Assembly (NCBI GenBank): GCA_964486045.1
Contig: CAZALK010000003.1
Coordinates: 128,001 to 192,000 of the forward strand
Source of the DNA: an uncultured archaeon
Lineage (GTDB): Archaea > Asgardarchaeota > Lokiarchaeia > Sigyniarchaeales > SOKP01
Length of the DNA: 64,000 nucleotides
Reading direction: 5' to 3'
A program made the translations under genes and the position numbers. Below the pieces are notes generated by a model. The model made no database searches. It worked only from the letters and a program-made list of their open reading frames with translations, and had not been told where the DNA came from. Each line of letters begins with the position of its first letter. Position 1 is the stretch's first letter. Positions 1-10,885 of this stretch are shown piece after piece.

Positions 1-2
1 GC

Positions 3-809
3 ACAAAAATCGGTGCAATTGGTATTACTGAACCTACTGGGGGTTCTGATGCCATTGGGGGGATGAATTTACGAGCTAAACGAGACGGGGATTATTACGT
101 CTTAAATGGGGAAAAATGTTTTATTACTAATGGGAGTTATGCGGATTATATCACCTTATACGCAGTAACTAACGATCAAGTGAAAAGGCGTCTAGGGATA
201 TCTGCGTTTATATTCGAAACAGATACTCCTGGGTTTGAAGTTGTGAAAGATTATGTCTATATGGGACGAAGAGGAATGCCAAATTCTCATCTTCGGTTTG
301 AAAATTGTAAAATTCCCGCTGAAAATTTGATCTATAAAGAAAATGAAGGTGTTGAAGTTTTGATGTTTGGGCTAGATGGGGAGAGAGTTTTTACTGCATC
401 TCAATATTTAGGATTAGCACGGAGTGCTTTTGAAGTAGCGTATAAATACGCTCATAAACGCGAGCAGTTTGGAAAAACGATCTACTCATTTGAAGGAATT
501 TCTTTTAAACTAAGTGAGATGTTTATGGATTTAGAGTTAAATAGAATTGCGATTGCTCAAATTGCTCGAATGCTTGATGCGGGGCATTATTGTCGACCGA
601 CTGTTGCAGCTGTAAAGGCAAAAATATCTGATGCAGCAGTTAATATAACAAAGGAAGCTGTCCAAGTCGTAGGGGGAATAGGGTATTCTGAAGAATATCC
701 GGTTGAACGATATTATCGAGATGCGAAAATAGGGCAAATAAGTGCAGGTTCAGCAGAAATAATGAGATTCTTGATTTCAAGAGAAATGGTTAGAATGTGG
801 GGTAAATAA
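3..809 (+). CDS. Acyl-CoA dehydrogenase (5'-partial, runs off window start)
   Basis: Frame open from position 3 (GITEPTGGSDA). Motifs LNGEKCFITNG, REQFGK, GGIGYSEEYPVERYYRDAK. Confidence 0.93.
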   Translation, partial: TKIGAIGITEPTGGSDAIGGMNLRAKRDGDYYVLNGEKCFITNGSYADYITLYAVTNDQVKRRLGISAFIFETDTPGFEVVKDYVYMGRRGMPNSHLRFENCKIPAENLIYKENEGVEVLMFGLDGERVFTASQYLGLARSAFEVAYKYAHKREQFGKTIYSFEGISFKLSEMFMDLELNRIAIAQIARMLDAGHYCRPTVAAVKAKISDAAVNITKEAVQVVGGIGYSEEYPVERYYRDAKIGQISAGSAEIMRFLISREMVRMWGK

Positions 810-811
810 TT

Positions 812-1285
812 ATGGGTCGATTAGAGATAAGCCCATCTAGTTGGGGGGATTACGTTGGAAAGGAGCTCGGAACATCTGATTGGTATGAAGTGACTCAAGA
901 TGAAATAAATGAATATGGAAAGGTTGTAGGTGATATGCAGTGGATACATGTTGATCCGGAACGCGCTAAAAAAGAGTCTCCCTATGGGAATACGGTTGCT
1001 CACGGCAATTGGGTACTCTCCATTGCCTATTCTAAATTATTTTCACAGTTATACGTACCGATTAATACAAAAATGACGATAAACTATGGTTGGAATAAAA
1101 TTCGCTTTCCAGCACCAACACCAGTCGGTAAACGTATTAGGTTAATAGGTAGAGTTAATCATGTCAAAGAAGTGGGAAGCGATGCTTATGATGTTGAGTT
1201 TGACTATAAAATCTATGTTGAAGGTGAGTCAAAACCTTGTTTTGCAGCTTTAAAACTTTCAAGATTTTACCCTCTAAAAAAATAA
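812..1285 (+). CDS. MaoC-family (R)-enoyl-CoA hydratase/dehydratase
   Basis: GDMQWIHVDPERAK...VAHG hydratase motif; NYGWNKIRFPAP. Confidence 0.9.
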   Translation: MGRLEISPSSWGDYVGKELGTSDWYEVTQDEINEYGKVVGDMQWIHVDPERAKKESPYGNTVAHGNWVLSIAYSKLFSQLYVPINTKMTINYGWNKIRFPAPTPVGKRIRLIGRVNHVKEVGSDAYDVEFDYKIYVEGESKPCFAALKLSRFYPLKK

Positions 1286-1323
1286 ATATAAAGAAATTGT
1301 AAATAAATAAATTTTTTATTCTT

Positions 1324-2115
1324 TCACTTTCCAATAAATTCTGGTTCCTTTTTATCAATAAGAGCAAATACTCCTCTTTTATAATCCTCAGTTTCAGCTG
1401 ATTTAACCTGCATTTGGCGCTCGTTTTCAAGATGTTCTTTCAAAGGGGTGCTCAGCGCGTCGAAGAATAGTTTTTTGGTTCTGGAGTAAGCCAATGTTGG
1501 CCCATTGGCAAGGCGTTGCGCCCATTGCAAAGTCACTTCATTAAGTTTTTCTGGAGGAGCGATTTCATTAACCAACCCAAGTTTAGCTAATTGCTCTGCG
1601 GAATATGTGTCTCCAAAAAACGACATTTCTGTAGCTTGTTGCCAAGTTAGTTGACGACTTAATAAAATTGTCCCTGCAAATCCTGGTATTAATCCAAGTT
1701 TCGCGAATGATTGTCTAAACCGAGCTTTTTCTGAGGCAATTATGAAATCACATGATAATGCTAGATTCATACCAGCTCCAACAGCCCATCCATTCACGGA
1801 AGCAATAACAGGTTTGGGATAGAGACGTAATATTAAAGCAATTTTATAAAGATTTTTTAATAAATCATCCATTACTTTACCTGATGTACCATCCTCTATA
1901 CTTAATTTAAACAATTTTATATCTCCACCAGCAGAAAATGCACGACCTGAGCCAGTGATTATTACGCATCTTACGTCATTATTTTTCTCAAGTGATTCTA
2001 ACGAATCTAGCAACTCTGTTGCTGTCTGTTTATTTAAAGGATTGAGATTTTCAGAATCCATTAGTTTTATCGTAGCTATTTTATTTTCGATTTTTAGATT
2101 TATTTTATTACCCAT
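1324..2115 (-). CDS. Enoyl-CoA hydratase/isomerase (crotonase family)
   Basis: AFSAGGDI, PKPVIASVNGWAVGAGMNLALSCD, C-terminal PEFIGK. Confidence 0.93.
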   Translation of the reverse strand: MGNKINLKIENKIATIKLMDSENLNPLNKQTATELLDSLESLEKNNDVRCVIITGSGRAFSAGGDIKLFKLSIEDGTSGKVMDDLLKNLYKIALILRLYPKPVIASVNGWAVGAGMNLALSCDFIIASEKARFRQSFAKLGLIPGFAGTILLSRQLTWQQATEMSFFGDTYSAEQLAKLGLVNEIAPPEKLNEVTLQWAQRLANGPTLAYSRTKKLFFDALSTPLKEHLENERQMQVKSAETEDYKRGVFALIDKKEPEFIGK

Positions 2116-2391
2116 ATCTATATCTTCTCCATTTTTGAATAATTCATCTACTTTTCGAGTTTATTTAAATTATTATTAATTGCTTAAAAATCTTAATTAA
2201 ACGAAGGTTTTGACTGTTTTCCATATTATAAGTAAGTTGTTTTTTAAAAAACTCACTCAATCTGATCTGTATAATCTGTTTGCGGTAAAAGAATTTTTAA
2301 ATTAAATTAGGGTGTTATCATGAAAGTTTATTAATTCGATTCACCCCTTTTAAACCATAAAACTAGATATCATTTATAAAAAAAAAATAGC

Positions 2392-3057
2392 GTGTACACG
2401 TTGAGAAGAAAAAAAATTTCAATGATAATATTAGTCGTAGGAATTGTCTTTTTAGTTCTTGCTCCAATTTTAGGTTTTACAACTGAAAAGACAACTGTTT
2501 TAGAGAAGAGACCAAAAACGATAGGAGAAGACAGTAGTGCGGGATTAAAAGAATCATATGCCTTTGGATTTTCATTAACAAGTGGCCAAAAAGCACGCAT
2601 AGAATTTTCTGTTTATTATGCTAACGTTACAGCCACACTCAAAATTTTAGGGAAAGGATATTATGATCAACAATTGGCCTTAAATAGCTCTCCAGGTGGT
2701 ATAACAGGTTTAGATTTTATTTATTCACAGTTTGTATGGGGTCAGTCACCTTCATCGAACACTGGATCAACAAATTCGAGAACAGTTATGTATAATGGTT
2801 ATTGGTATATTGAGTTTGCTGGAGATACTAACGGAGATTACCTTATTTCGATACCAGGCTCTTATGTAGTTGTTGTTTACGGAGATAATGATGGACCTCC
2901 TGCTAATATCAACGTACTATTCAACATTGCAATTAAAATAGATGGTCCGGGAGAAATGTTAGAAAAAATATTCTACTATATTGGTACGGGTGTGATACTT
3001 GTTGCCGTATTATTCATTTCTTTCGGATATTACAAAAAATTTAAAGGAGGTCGATGA
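2392..3057 (+). CDS. Hypothetical membrane protein (N- and C-terminal TM helices)
   Basis: 221-aa ORF with hydrophobic ends; overlaps the next ORF (ATGA coupling). Confidence 0.7.
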   Translation: MYTLRRKKISMIILVVGIVFLVLAPILGFTTEKTTVLEKRPKTIGEDSSAGLKESYAFGFSLTSGQKARIEFSVYYANVTATLKILGKGYYDQQLALNSSPGGITGLDFIYSQFVWGQSPSSNTGSTNSRTVMYNGYWYIEFAGDTNGDYLISIPGSYVVVVYGDNDGPPANINVLFNIAIKIDGPGEMLEKIFYYIGTGVILVAVLFISFGYYKKFKGGR

Positions 3058-3524
3058 TGGTGGGTGAAGAAAAAGGTTTTTTTGATAGATTACCATTAAT
3101 GGATAAAAATAAAGCCACAAAATTCATAATATACGGTTTAATTGCAGCAGTATTATTTGGATTAATAATGATGATAAGTCGTTCTATTGCTCAAAACGCA
3201 TCTACGTGGGAAAATTTAGAAAACCAAAGGAATGAGATCAATTACTGGAATGGTGAGTATGGATTCAATGATTATATCAAAAGACAAGAAGAAATTGACG
3301 AAATCAGATATTGGATGGAATGGCAAGATGTTATTTTTATGAATATCGCAAGAGTCGGAGTAAATATTTCATTAATCTTCATCCTTATCGGGTTTCTTAG
3401 TTTTGCTGTGAATGATAAAATCGATGAAAAAACAAGGCAGATATCTTTAATCATTGCAGGACTAGTTCTTTTTGTAATAATGTTTACAACATTTTTCTCT
3501 GCTATTGCTATAACTGTTGCGTAG
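3054..3524 (+). CDS. Hypothetical 3-TM membrane protein
   Basis: Three hydrophobic segments; GGAGG SD upstream; followed by a poly-T run. Confidence 0.75.
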   Translation: MMVGEEKGFFDRLPLMDKNKATKFIIYGLIAAVLFGLIMMISRSIAQNASTWENLENQRNEINYWNGEYGFNDYIKRQEEIDEIRYWMEWQDVIFMNIARVGVNISLIFILIGFLSFAVNDKIDEKTRQISLIIAGLVLFVIMFTTFFSAIAITVA

Positions 3525-3867
3525 TTTTAAACATATTTTTTTTTTTTTATTAAAGTCATTCGTGATTTAATTATCCTTACTTTTTGATATTTTATGCAAG
3601 CTGGGAGAATGACATTTTCTGATGGCCCTGATTCAATACTGATCCAACCACAAAGATTTCTTGAGTTAATTATAGAGTCCCGAAAAAATGGTGGGATTTT
3701 TATGTCAATTTTATAGCGAGTCTCCACTAATCTAAATTAATCCTTTTTATTCATAGTTTAATCAATCCTAAAATTGTCTTTAAATACATATAAATATTTA
3801 TACAACTAATTAAATAAATTTGAGACGAAAATTAAATTAAGAATCTTTTTAAAACATAAAAAGGATC

Positions 3868-4566
3868 GTGGTTATCCTTATTGGAAAAAATTACGAGTAT
3901 GTGTGGTTAATTCCATTAATAAGTGGAATTTTAGCGATAATAGCATTTGTGACTCCTGTAGCTTTTTTTAATAGGATGGGAATAAGTTGGTACTGGTGGA
4001 TGTGGAATCTTTCGGTAATGGGTGTAAGTGGTTTGGGTTCCGAAAGTATATTTATATCTGAAATAGATTTTATGATTCCTTCTTTAATTATTTCATGTAT
4101 AATGATTCTCAGTATAATTACCCTACTTTCATTAGCTATTAAAGCTAGAACAAGAAATTTAGACATGAAAAATTTTGAATCTGTCTCTATAATAATTGGT
4201 ACTTTACTAATTGGCTTTACTATTTATTACTTATTAGCAATGGATATTGCTTTTTATGATGGAATGGTATTAGGAGGAACATTATTTCCTCCGGGTTTTC
4301 ATTTTTGGGATGTATTCGGCCCGAGTTTTGGTGTAATTGGTCCATTCTTTAGCTCAGTCTTAACATTTATAGGGGCTGGTGTGTTTCGTTATTATTCAAA
4401 AAGAAAAGAGGAGTTAATACCATCAAAAATGGGAATTTTTAAGAAAAAAGGACCTACCATAAAATCAATGGGAGGATTAAATTTTTGCCCTGAATGTGGA
4501 AAAAAAATAATTTCTGTGACTCAACGTTTTTGTATGAATTGCGGATTTGAACTTCAAAATATCTAA
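3868..4566 (+). CDS. Membrane protein with C-terminal zinc ribbon
   Basis: About 4 TM helices, then FCPECG...FCMNCG. Confidence 0.8.
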   Translation: MVILIGKNYEYVWLIPLISGILAIIAFVTPVAFFNRMGISWYWWMWNLSVMGVSGLGSESIFISEIDFMIPSLIISCIMILSIITLLSLAIKARTRNLDMKNFESVSIIIGTLLIGFTIYYLLAMDIAFYDGMVLGGTLFPPGFHFWDVFGPSFGVIGPFFSSVLTFIGAGVFRYYSKRKEELIPSKMGIFKKKGPTIKSMGGLNFCPECGKKIISVTQRFCMNCGFELQNI

Positions 4567-4581
4567 TTTTATTTAAGCCAT

Positions 4582-5418
4582 TTATTTATCTAAATAAGTT
4601 GTCCATTCTGGTTTCAGTATAAAATATTGATCAATTGCGTCTTTCATAGTTTGACGGCATATTTCGATTTCTTTAAGGGTTGGTGGATCAATTCTTTTTA
4701 CTTTTTCCGCGACTTTTAAATCCCAACCAGTGTTTTCTTTCACTTGGTCGATTGTAATATTTTGATGTAGGGCGTCCAGATAGGCTTCTTTTGATACAGG
4801 ATCAAACCTCATTATACAGAAGGGCGTAACAATAACCTCTGGACCAGTATCAGAAGGGTAACCCGCTTTAATTCTACTATCAAATCCCTCTAAATAACCG
4901 GGATCAGTAATAAAATCTAGTTTTTCTGGTAATCTACGCTTTGTATGGTCATCTATAAGCCATACTAGTCTTTTTGCCATAGCTGCGATTTCAGTAGCAC
5001 CGCCACCTCCCGGTAAACGATAAATGGGTTTCTCGTAGGGGCCAACCACAGTAGTATTACAATTCCCATACCTATCAACCATGGAAGTGCTTAATAATGC
5101 TATGGTTATTTCACCTCTTTGTAGTATAGATAATGCCTCGATGGAATCTCCAACAAATAACGAATTCGGTACTAAGACTGGATCACTAATCGAATAGGGC
5201 ATCTTAATTGGTTGAGGAAGTTCGTCTTGAAATTGCCCTACTTCTAACACAGCGAAAAGATCAGGGCAATGGAGTAACTTAGCCATGTGGACCGCAAGAA
5301 AAGGCCAGTGAAAAGCATTAAATACAATATCATCATTCTTGATTTGTCTACATCCTGAAACTAACATCATTTCAAATCCAGTATATTCTGTACAAAACTC
5401 TTTATCTTTAGAAGCCAT
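4582..5418 (-). CDS. Family I CoA-transferase, beta subunit (GctB-like)
   Basis: VDRYGNCNTT, RLPGGGGATEIA, LDFITDPG, VKENTGWDL. Confidence 0.88.
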   Translation of the reverse strand: MASKDKEFCTEYTGFEMMLVSGCRQIKNDDIVFNAFHWPFLAVHMAKLLHCPDLFAVLEVGQFQDELPQPIKMPYSISDPVLVPNSLFVGDSIEALSILQRGEITIALLSTSMVDRYGNCNTTVVGPYEKPIYRLPGGGGATEIAAMAKRLVWLIDDHTKRRLPEKLDFITDPGYLEGFDSRIKAGYPSDTGPEVIVTPFCIMRFDPVSKEAYLDALHQNITIDQVKENTGWDLKVAEKVKRIDPPTLKEIEICRQTMKDAIDQYFILKPEWTTYLDK

Positions 5419-6343
5419 AGTTTACTGCCCCCTGAATAATTGGTTTAGCTTTTAGAAACTTAACTTTATCCCTCCCTAAAACTTTCAGATATTCTTGTCG
5501 ATCGTTGACTCCGGTTACCCACTTTTCAAGCCAATTTTCCCAGTCTTCAATTGTTTTCGTTTCTTTCGCATAATTAAATCGATACTCTAAATCTGTGTAG
5601 TAATGACCTTGCATACTACTCGGATGTGCTCCCCATGGTTCATGTACTACAGCATCAACTTTATGAGCCCCAACTATTGTGCGTTCGGGAGATTCCATAA
5701 TTACGCTTTTATCCACGATTTCTTCTGTTGCAACAATAATTTTCTTACACGCGTTAATTCCGTATTTAGTGTCTCCTATTAATCCCCACATTTGGGCATT
5801 TCCTTCTCTATCTGCCCGTTGTACCTGAATTATACCAACATCAGGATTAATCGCAGGAACGACACAAATATTTTCACCGGTAAAAGGGCATTCCACTCTT
5901 GCAGCCTTTAATCCTACTTCTTTTGGATGATCATAAATACCCGTTCCGACTACTGAACGAATAGGTACAAACGGGATTCCCATATAACCAGCAAAAAAGG
6001 ACATGTTGATCATAAAAAGAGATTGTTCATTGTAAATTATCTTTTGGGGTATTCCCTGTTCCATTGATCGCCTTAGATTATATGCAGGTTGAGGACCGGT
6101 ACCATTCCAACAATGTGAGGTGACTATATGATTTGTGATTCCTGCACCTATTATCTGGTCAAACATTATTCCACCCCCACATTTAGTCACTTTAAGATTT
6201 CGTTTATTCTGTCTGATTATTTCATGGGCAGCAGAAAACGTCATGCCGTTACCGAATCCGCCGAAAAATACAAATTCTTCATCATGCACAAATTTATTGA
6301 TTGCCTCTTTCATAGACATTATCTTATCTGAGATTTTTTTCAC
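5408..6343 (-). CDS. Family I CoA-transferase, alpha subunit (GctA-like)
   Basis: AAHEIIRQ, CPFTGE, PDVGIIQVQRADREGN, EPWGAHP; overlaps the beta subunit gene. Confidence 0.88.
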   Translation of the reverse strand: MKKISDKIMSMKEAINKFVHDEEFVFFGGFGNGMTFSAAHEIIRQNKRNLKVTKCGGGIMFDQIIGAGITNHIVTSHCWNGTGPQPAYNLRRSMEQGIPQKIIYNEQSLFMINMSFFAGYMGIPFVPIRSVVGTGIYDHPKEVGLKAARVECPFTGENICVVPAINPDVGIIQVQRADREGNAQMWGLIGDTKYGINACKKIIVATEEIVDKSVIMESPERTIVGAHKVDAVVHEPWGAHPSSMQGHYYTDLEYRFNYAKETKTIEDWENWLEKWVTGVNDRQEYLKVLGRDKVKFLKAKPIIQGAVNYGF

Positions 6344-6615
6344 CTTTATAATGAAGTTAAAGCTATTAGATAATGAGATATTATATACTAAACTTTTAGA
6401 CCATTTATAAATTTATACATAACCCTTGTTAGTGATAAACTCGTCTAATTTCACAAGTAGATAGAGTTCTAGTTAAAAAAAGTACTAAAATATTTTAGAT
6501 AGTTTGAAATCATTTCCTATCTGGAGCGCTAATTAAGTTCAATTTGATAAATAAGTTTAAAAACATTTCATCATACTCTTTCTACACAATAGTCAAAATA
6601 AATCAAGGATTGATT

Positions 6616-7596
6616 ATGCCAACTGAAAGAACTCTAAGTGATTACTTTGATACTACCGGTCGTGATGATATTTTAACTGGTGGAATTAAGATGATCTCCA
6701 TCCAGACTCCACTCGGTGAATTTAAAGTCTGGACCAAAAAGATTGGAAATAATCCTACAATCAAAGTACTTCTCTTACATGGAGGCCCTGGTGGAACTCA
6801 TGAATATTTTGAGTGTTTTGATAGCTTTTTTCCAGCAGAGGGGATTGAATACTATTACTATGACCAGTTGGGATCTTATTATAGTGACCAACCTACAGAA
6901 CCCGACTTATGGGAGATATCCAGATTTGTCGAGGAAGTAGAGCAGGTTAGAAAAGCTCTAAAATTAGATATATCAAACTTCTACTTATTGGGTCATTCGT
7001 GGGGTGGTATATTAGGAGTTGAGTATGCACTGAAATATCAGGATAATCTCAAGGGTTTAATTATCTCCAATATGATGATGAGCGCCCCTGCTTACGGGAA
7101 ATATGCTGATGAAGTCCTAGGACCTAAGCTTAAACCTAAAGTATTAGCTTAAATCAAGGAGTTGGAAGCTAAAGGAGATTTTGATAATCCTCGTTACATG
7201 GAGTTATTGTTGCCTAATTATTACGCTGAACATATTATTCGTATACAAGTTGACCAGTGGCCAGAACCCGTTAATCTATTTTTCAAACACCTAAATGAGG
7301 ATGTCTACAAGCTAATGTGGGGACCAAGTGAATTAAGTGCTCGTGGAACATTAAAAAATTGGGATAGAACCGTTAATTTATCAAAAATAAAAGTTCCTAC
7401 GTTAGTAATCGGAGCTACTCATGATACGATGGATCCCGAACATATGAAATGGATATCTACCCAAGTACAACAGGGACAATTTCTACTATGCCCAAATGGT
7501 AGTCATTGTGCCTTTTATGATGATCAGAAGATATACTTTGATGGGTTAATAAAATTCATCAAAGACGTAAATCAAGGAACATTTACTACCAAGTAA
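6616..7596 (+). pseudogene. pip: Proline iminopeptidase with one in-frame TAA at 7150-7152
   Basis: LLHGGPG, YDQLG and GHSWGG in the 5' part; catalytic Asp/His region in the 3' part. Both ORFs share a frame (VLA*IKELEA), consistent with GAA>TAA. Confidence 0.8.
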
Positions 7597-7730
7597 TTTT
7601 CATTGTCTTTTAACTTTATTTTATAAATTTTCAAATCTAAATTTTTCTAATTCAATATTTTCTAACTAATTAATAAATTTAAAAGAAAAAGTTAAAGTTC
7701 AAAAAAATCATAATATAAATAGAAAAAACC

Positions 7731-8645
7731 ATGAATTATGTAGTTGGAAATTTAGTAGAACCTGTATTTAGACCTCCTTCTGAGTGGGACGCCTTATTGA
7801 TTGCTATAACGAATGGTTGCACTCGTCAATGTACATTCTGCTCGATGTATAGTTCCAAAACATTCTCTATTCGTAAAGATATAGTAGAAATTAAAAATGA
7901 TATTAAAAGAGCCGGTGCTTTTTATGGAAATCGAGTACGTAAAATATTTTTCGAAGATGGGAACGCTTTTGTTGTTAAACCTGATGTTCTTACAGAACTA
8001 ACCGAATATTGTTATAAAATTCACCCAAATCTCGAAAAAGTTAGCTCATATTCTCATGCCAAAGATATCATAAAAAAATCTGATGAAGATTTAAAAAAAC
8101 TAGCAGATAGCGGTTTTACGATGGTTTATGTAGGTGTTGAAAGCGGGGATAACGAAGTGTTAAAAGAGTGCAAAAAAGGGAATACGCAAGATGAACTTAC
8201 TCTTGCTGCTCAAAAATGTTATAGAGCAGGAATTTCTTGGTCGGGTATTTTTCTGTTAGGACTCGCTGGCAATGATCCTGAAAAAAGTCGAAAACATGCG
8301 GTTGAATCTGCTAAATTGATTAATAGAATGGCTCCACCAGATCCAATTACTTGGTATATATCACCCCTAACATTAGGTATTACTCCCGGAACTGAGTTGT
8401 GGGCGCAAAAATCAACTGGAGAATTCAAACCATGTACCCCTACAGAAATATTGGAGGAATTATACACGCTGATAGAATTCACGTCTGAGGACTTGCAGAA
8501 TTGTATCTTTAATTCAAATCACGCGTCAAATTATGTTAGCTTAAAAGGAGAATTAGCTAAAGATAAAGAGCTTTTCCTAAAGGTTGTTGAAGCTGGCATA
8601 AAATATCCGAACCTACGTCGACCGGACTTCCGTCGTGGATTATAA
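7731..8645 (+). CDS. Radical SAM protein
   Basis: VFRPPSE, CTRQCTFC (CxxxCxxC), YVGVESG, NHASNY. Confidence 0.92.
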   Translation: MNYVVGNLVEPVFRPPSEWDALLIAITNGCTRQCTFCSMYSSKTFSIRKDIVEIKNDIKRAGAFYGNRVRKIFFEDGNAFVVKPDVLTELTEYCYKIHPNLEKVSSYSHAKDIIKKSDEDLKKLADSGFTMVYVGVESGDNEVLKECKKGNTQDELTLAAQKCYRAGISWSGIFLLGLAGNDPEKSRKHAVESAKLINRMAPPDPITWYISPLTLGITPGTELWAQKSTGEFKPCTPTEILEELYTLIEFTSEDLQNCIFNSNHASNYVSLKGELAKDKELFLKVVEAGIKYPNLRRPDFRRGL

Positions 8646-8689
8646 ACATTCATATGTGAGTGGAAAAAAAAGTAGAATTGCAATCAAAT

Positions 8690-9298
8690 CTATTTCACAT
8701 CTCGAACCATTAACCACATTGGTAAATTCACGGGATCTGGAATTACTACTTTATTAGCAACATGAAATCCAAACTTTTCATAGAGTGAAACATTCTTTTC
8801 ATTTTGAGTCTCCAAATATATAGGTTTTTTTTCTGTTTCGGATTTTTCTATAATTGCTCTTAAAAATTTTCCCCCAAAACCTTTTCCTTGAAATTCTCTT
8901 GAAACAGCCATTATAAATAGAAATATATGTGGACCTAAATCAAGATCTTTCTTCGCTTCCTCTATTGTATTAAAACTTTTTTCCATTACCTTTCTTAAAC
9001 TCGCTAACTTCATACCAAGAAAAAAACCACCACTTCGAAAAACTCTCCATCCTGTCATTTCACCTTTATCATGAGGTACAATTGCCATTACACCTTCAAA
9101 ATTATCAGATGATGAGTAAACATTACCATATTTTACACAAAATCTAAGCATAATCTTAAACTGGGCACGTCTCTTTTCTTCTTCTTTCATAAATTTTTCA
9201 AACATTACATCATCAGAATATGCATTCAAGAATACATCATTTACTGCTCTATTGATATCTTTTTTTTGTAATTTATGAAACTCTCCAATTAAAGACAT
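8690..9298 (-). CDS. GNAT N-acetyltransferase
   Basis: FQGKGFGG, IYLET, NVSLYEKFGF. Confidence 0.9.
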   Translation of the reverse strand: MSLIGEFHKLQKKDINRAVNDVFLNAYSDDVMFEKFMKEEEKRRAQFKIMLRFCVKYGNVYSSSDNFEGVMAIVPHDKGEMTGWRVFRSGGFFLGMKLASLRKVMEKSFNTIEEAKKDLDLGPHIFLFIMAVSREFQGKGFGGKFLRAIIEKSETEKKPIYLETQNEKNVSLYEKFGFHVANKVVIPDPVNLPMWLMVRDVK

Positions 9299-9359
9299 AA
9301 TTACTAATTAGATTTTTTATAATAAAAATCTTAATAATAACAAGTTAAACAAGATTATT

Positions 9360-10382
9360 ATGACAGTCAATTTTTTAGATTTAGTACATATTGAAATAAC
9401 TGTTCCAAATGCAGAAGAAGCATATCAAATTCTCCACAATGTGTTTGGAGCCGAGAAAGTTCAAGAAGAATTTGCGGGATTTTTAGATGGTGAGTATAAT
9501 AAAGTTATCCATGTTGGACTCGGGGATATAGTTCTACAGTTCATTGAACCCTTAGCTGAGGGGAGTTCTTGGCATACTCAGCTTAAAACTAAAGGATCTG
9601 GTGTTCATAATCTAACTTTTGGAGTAGAAAATGCTGAAAAAACTGCAACCGAAATAGAAAATTTGGGAGGTATTAAACCTCTTTTTACATTCAATTTAGA
9701 ATGGGGAAATATGATTCCCCCAGAAATTTTGAATGATACCAGTGGAAAAGTGTTTATGATGGATTCGATGGAGCATTTTGGCTTTCACCTTGAATTTGGA
9801 ACCAGTCCATTTAAAGAAGAGACTAGAAAGATGATGCCTCAAACTCGCTATGCCACAGGTCGAGACGAATTAATCGGCAATGTATCACCCATGATGCATA
9901 TCGAATTGGTCACCCCTGATATAGAGAAAACCTATGAGTTACTGCACAAGGTTTTTGGTTCTGAAAAAGTAGAAATTGAGTTTGCTAATTTCTTAGAAAG
10001 TCCTATTTCGCGTGTTATGCATGTAAATCTGAGCAATGTAGTATTACAATATATCCAACCAATGATTAAAATTGAAAATGAATTTGGCAGTTGGCATAAC
10101 CTATTAGAGAAAAATGGGGCATATGTACACAATATAACATTTATTGTTGATGATCTCGATGAGGTGGTTGAAAAATTCAAAAATGAGGGGATTGAACCGC
10201 TTTTCACATTTCCTCTTCAATGGGAGAAGCTCAATGAGAATATGAAATCGAAGATAAAACCAGTTCACATGATGAAAACAATGGAAAAGTTAGGCTTCTT
10301 CCTCGAGATGGGTGAAATCCCAACAGAGGAAGAACGGAAGGCTTTTTCAGATTTGTTATTTATTGATCTAAACCAAAAATAA
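9360..10382 (+). CDS. VOC-family protein with two tandem glyoxalase/methylmalonyl-CoA-epimerase-like domains
   Basis: Repeated HIE...LQ(F/Y)I.P...VHN(L/I)TF halves. Confidence 0.82.
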   Translation: MTVNFLDLVHIEITVPNAEEAYQILHNVFGAEKVQEEFAGFLDGEYNKVIHVGLGDIVLQFIEPLAEGSSWHTQLKTKGSGVHNLTFGVENAEKTATEIENLGGIKPLFTFNLEWGNMIPPEILNDTSGKVFMMDSMEHFGFHLEFGTSPFKEETRKMMPQTRYATGRDELIGNVSPMMHIELVTPDIEKTYELLHKVFGSEKVEIEFANFLESPISRVMHVNLSNVVLQYIQPMIKIENEFGSWHNLLEKNGAYVHNITFIVDDLDEVVEKFKNEGIEPLFTFPLQWEKLNENMKSKIKPVHMMKTMEKLGFFLEMGEIPTEEERKAFSDLLFIDLNQK

Positions 10383-10410
10383 TATAAACAAATAGAAGTG
10401 ATATTATAAA

Positions 10411-10812
10411 ATGATGTTTCAGTTTTTTAATGAAGATTGGCTCTTGTCATTAGATACTTTTGAAGAAATAATGTGGTTTTTGGTATTCTATTTGATATTC
10501 TTGTTGTTAATGGCGATTTTCTTGAAGATTGCTTTAGGTTTCTTTAGTAAAGCTAGACATACCAAATTTGGTCAAGTATTTGTTACATCTTTTCTTATAA
10601 CCATAGCTTTTGCTTTGATATTTCTATTTTTAGGCGGTTGGCTTGCGTTTATAATCGCAGTATTATTGATGTGGTTAATTATAAGTGTTAGTCACAATAT
10701 TGGATTCCTTGCTGCAATTGTAGTGACGGTACTGGCCTTTTTAATTTATGTACTCATCGCTATTGTTATTGGATTGATAATAGGAACGACTTTAATCGTA
10801 TTACCATTCTAA
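10411..10812 (+). CDS. Hypothetical membrane protein
   Basis: Almost entirely hydrophobic 133-aa ORF; T-run downstream. Confidence 0.75.
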   Translation: MMFQFFNEDWLLSLDTFEEIMWFLVFYLIFLLLMAIFLKIALGFFSKARHTKFGQVFVTSFLITIAFALIFLFLGGWLAFIIAVLLMWLIISVSHNIGFLAAIVVTVLAFLIYVLIAIVIGLIIGTTLIVLPF

Positions 10813-10885
10813 ATCTTTTTTTTTCTTAAGTTATTATTTATTTTGTATTAATTATTTTTTAATCAAATTAAAGCTGATTTATATT

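Noticed and set aside
3527-3754. 66-aa minus-strand ORF, possibly extended through a TAA to ATG 3754
   Set aside because: No recognisable motif; it could be a remnant but I cannot support that.
7120-7165. Third BHB intron in the proline iminopeptidase
   Set aside because: No extra sequence relative to the expected protein and no BHB fold; the AGCTTAAA repeat looks incidental.
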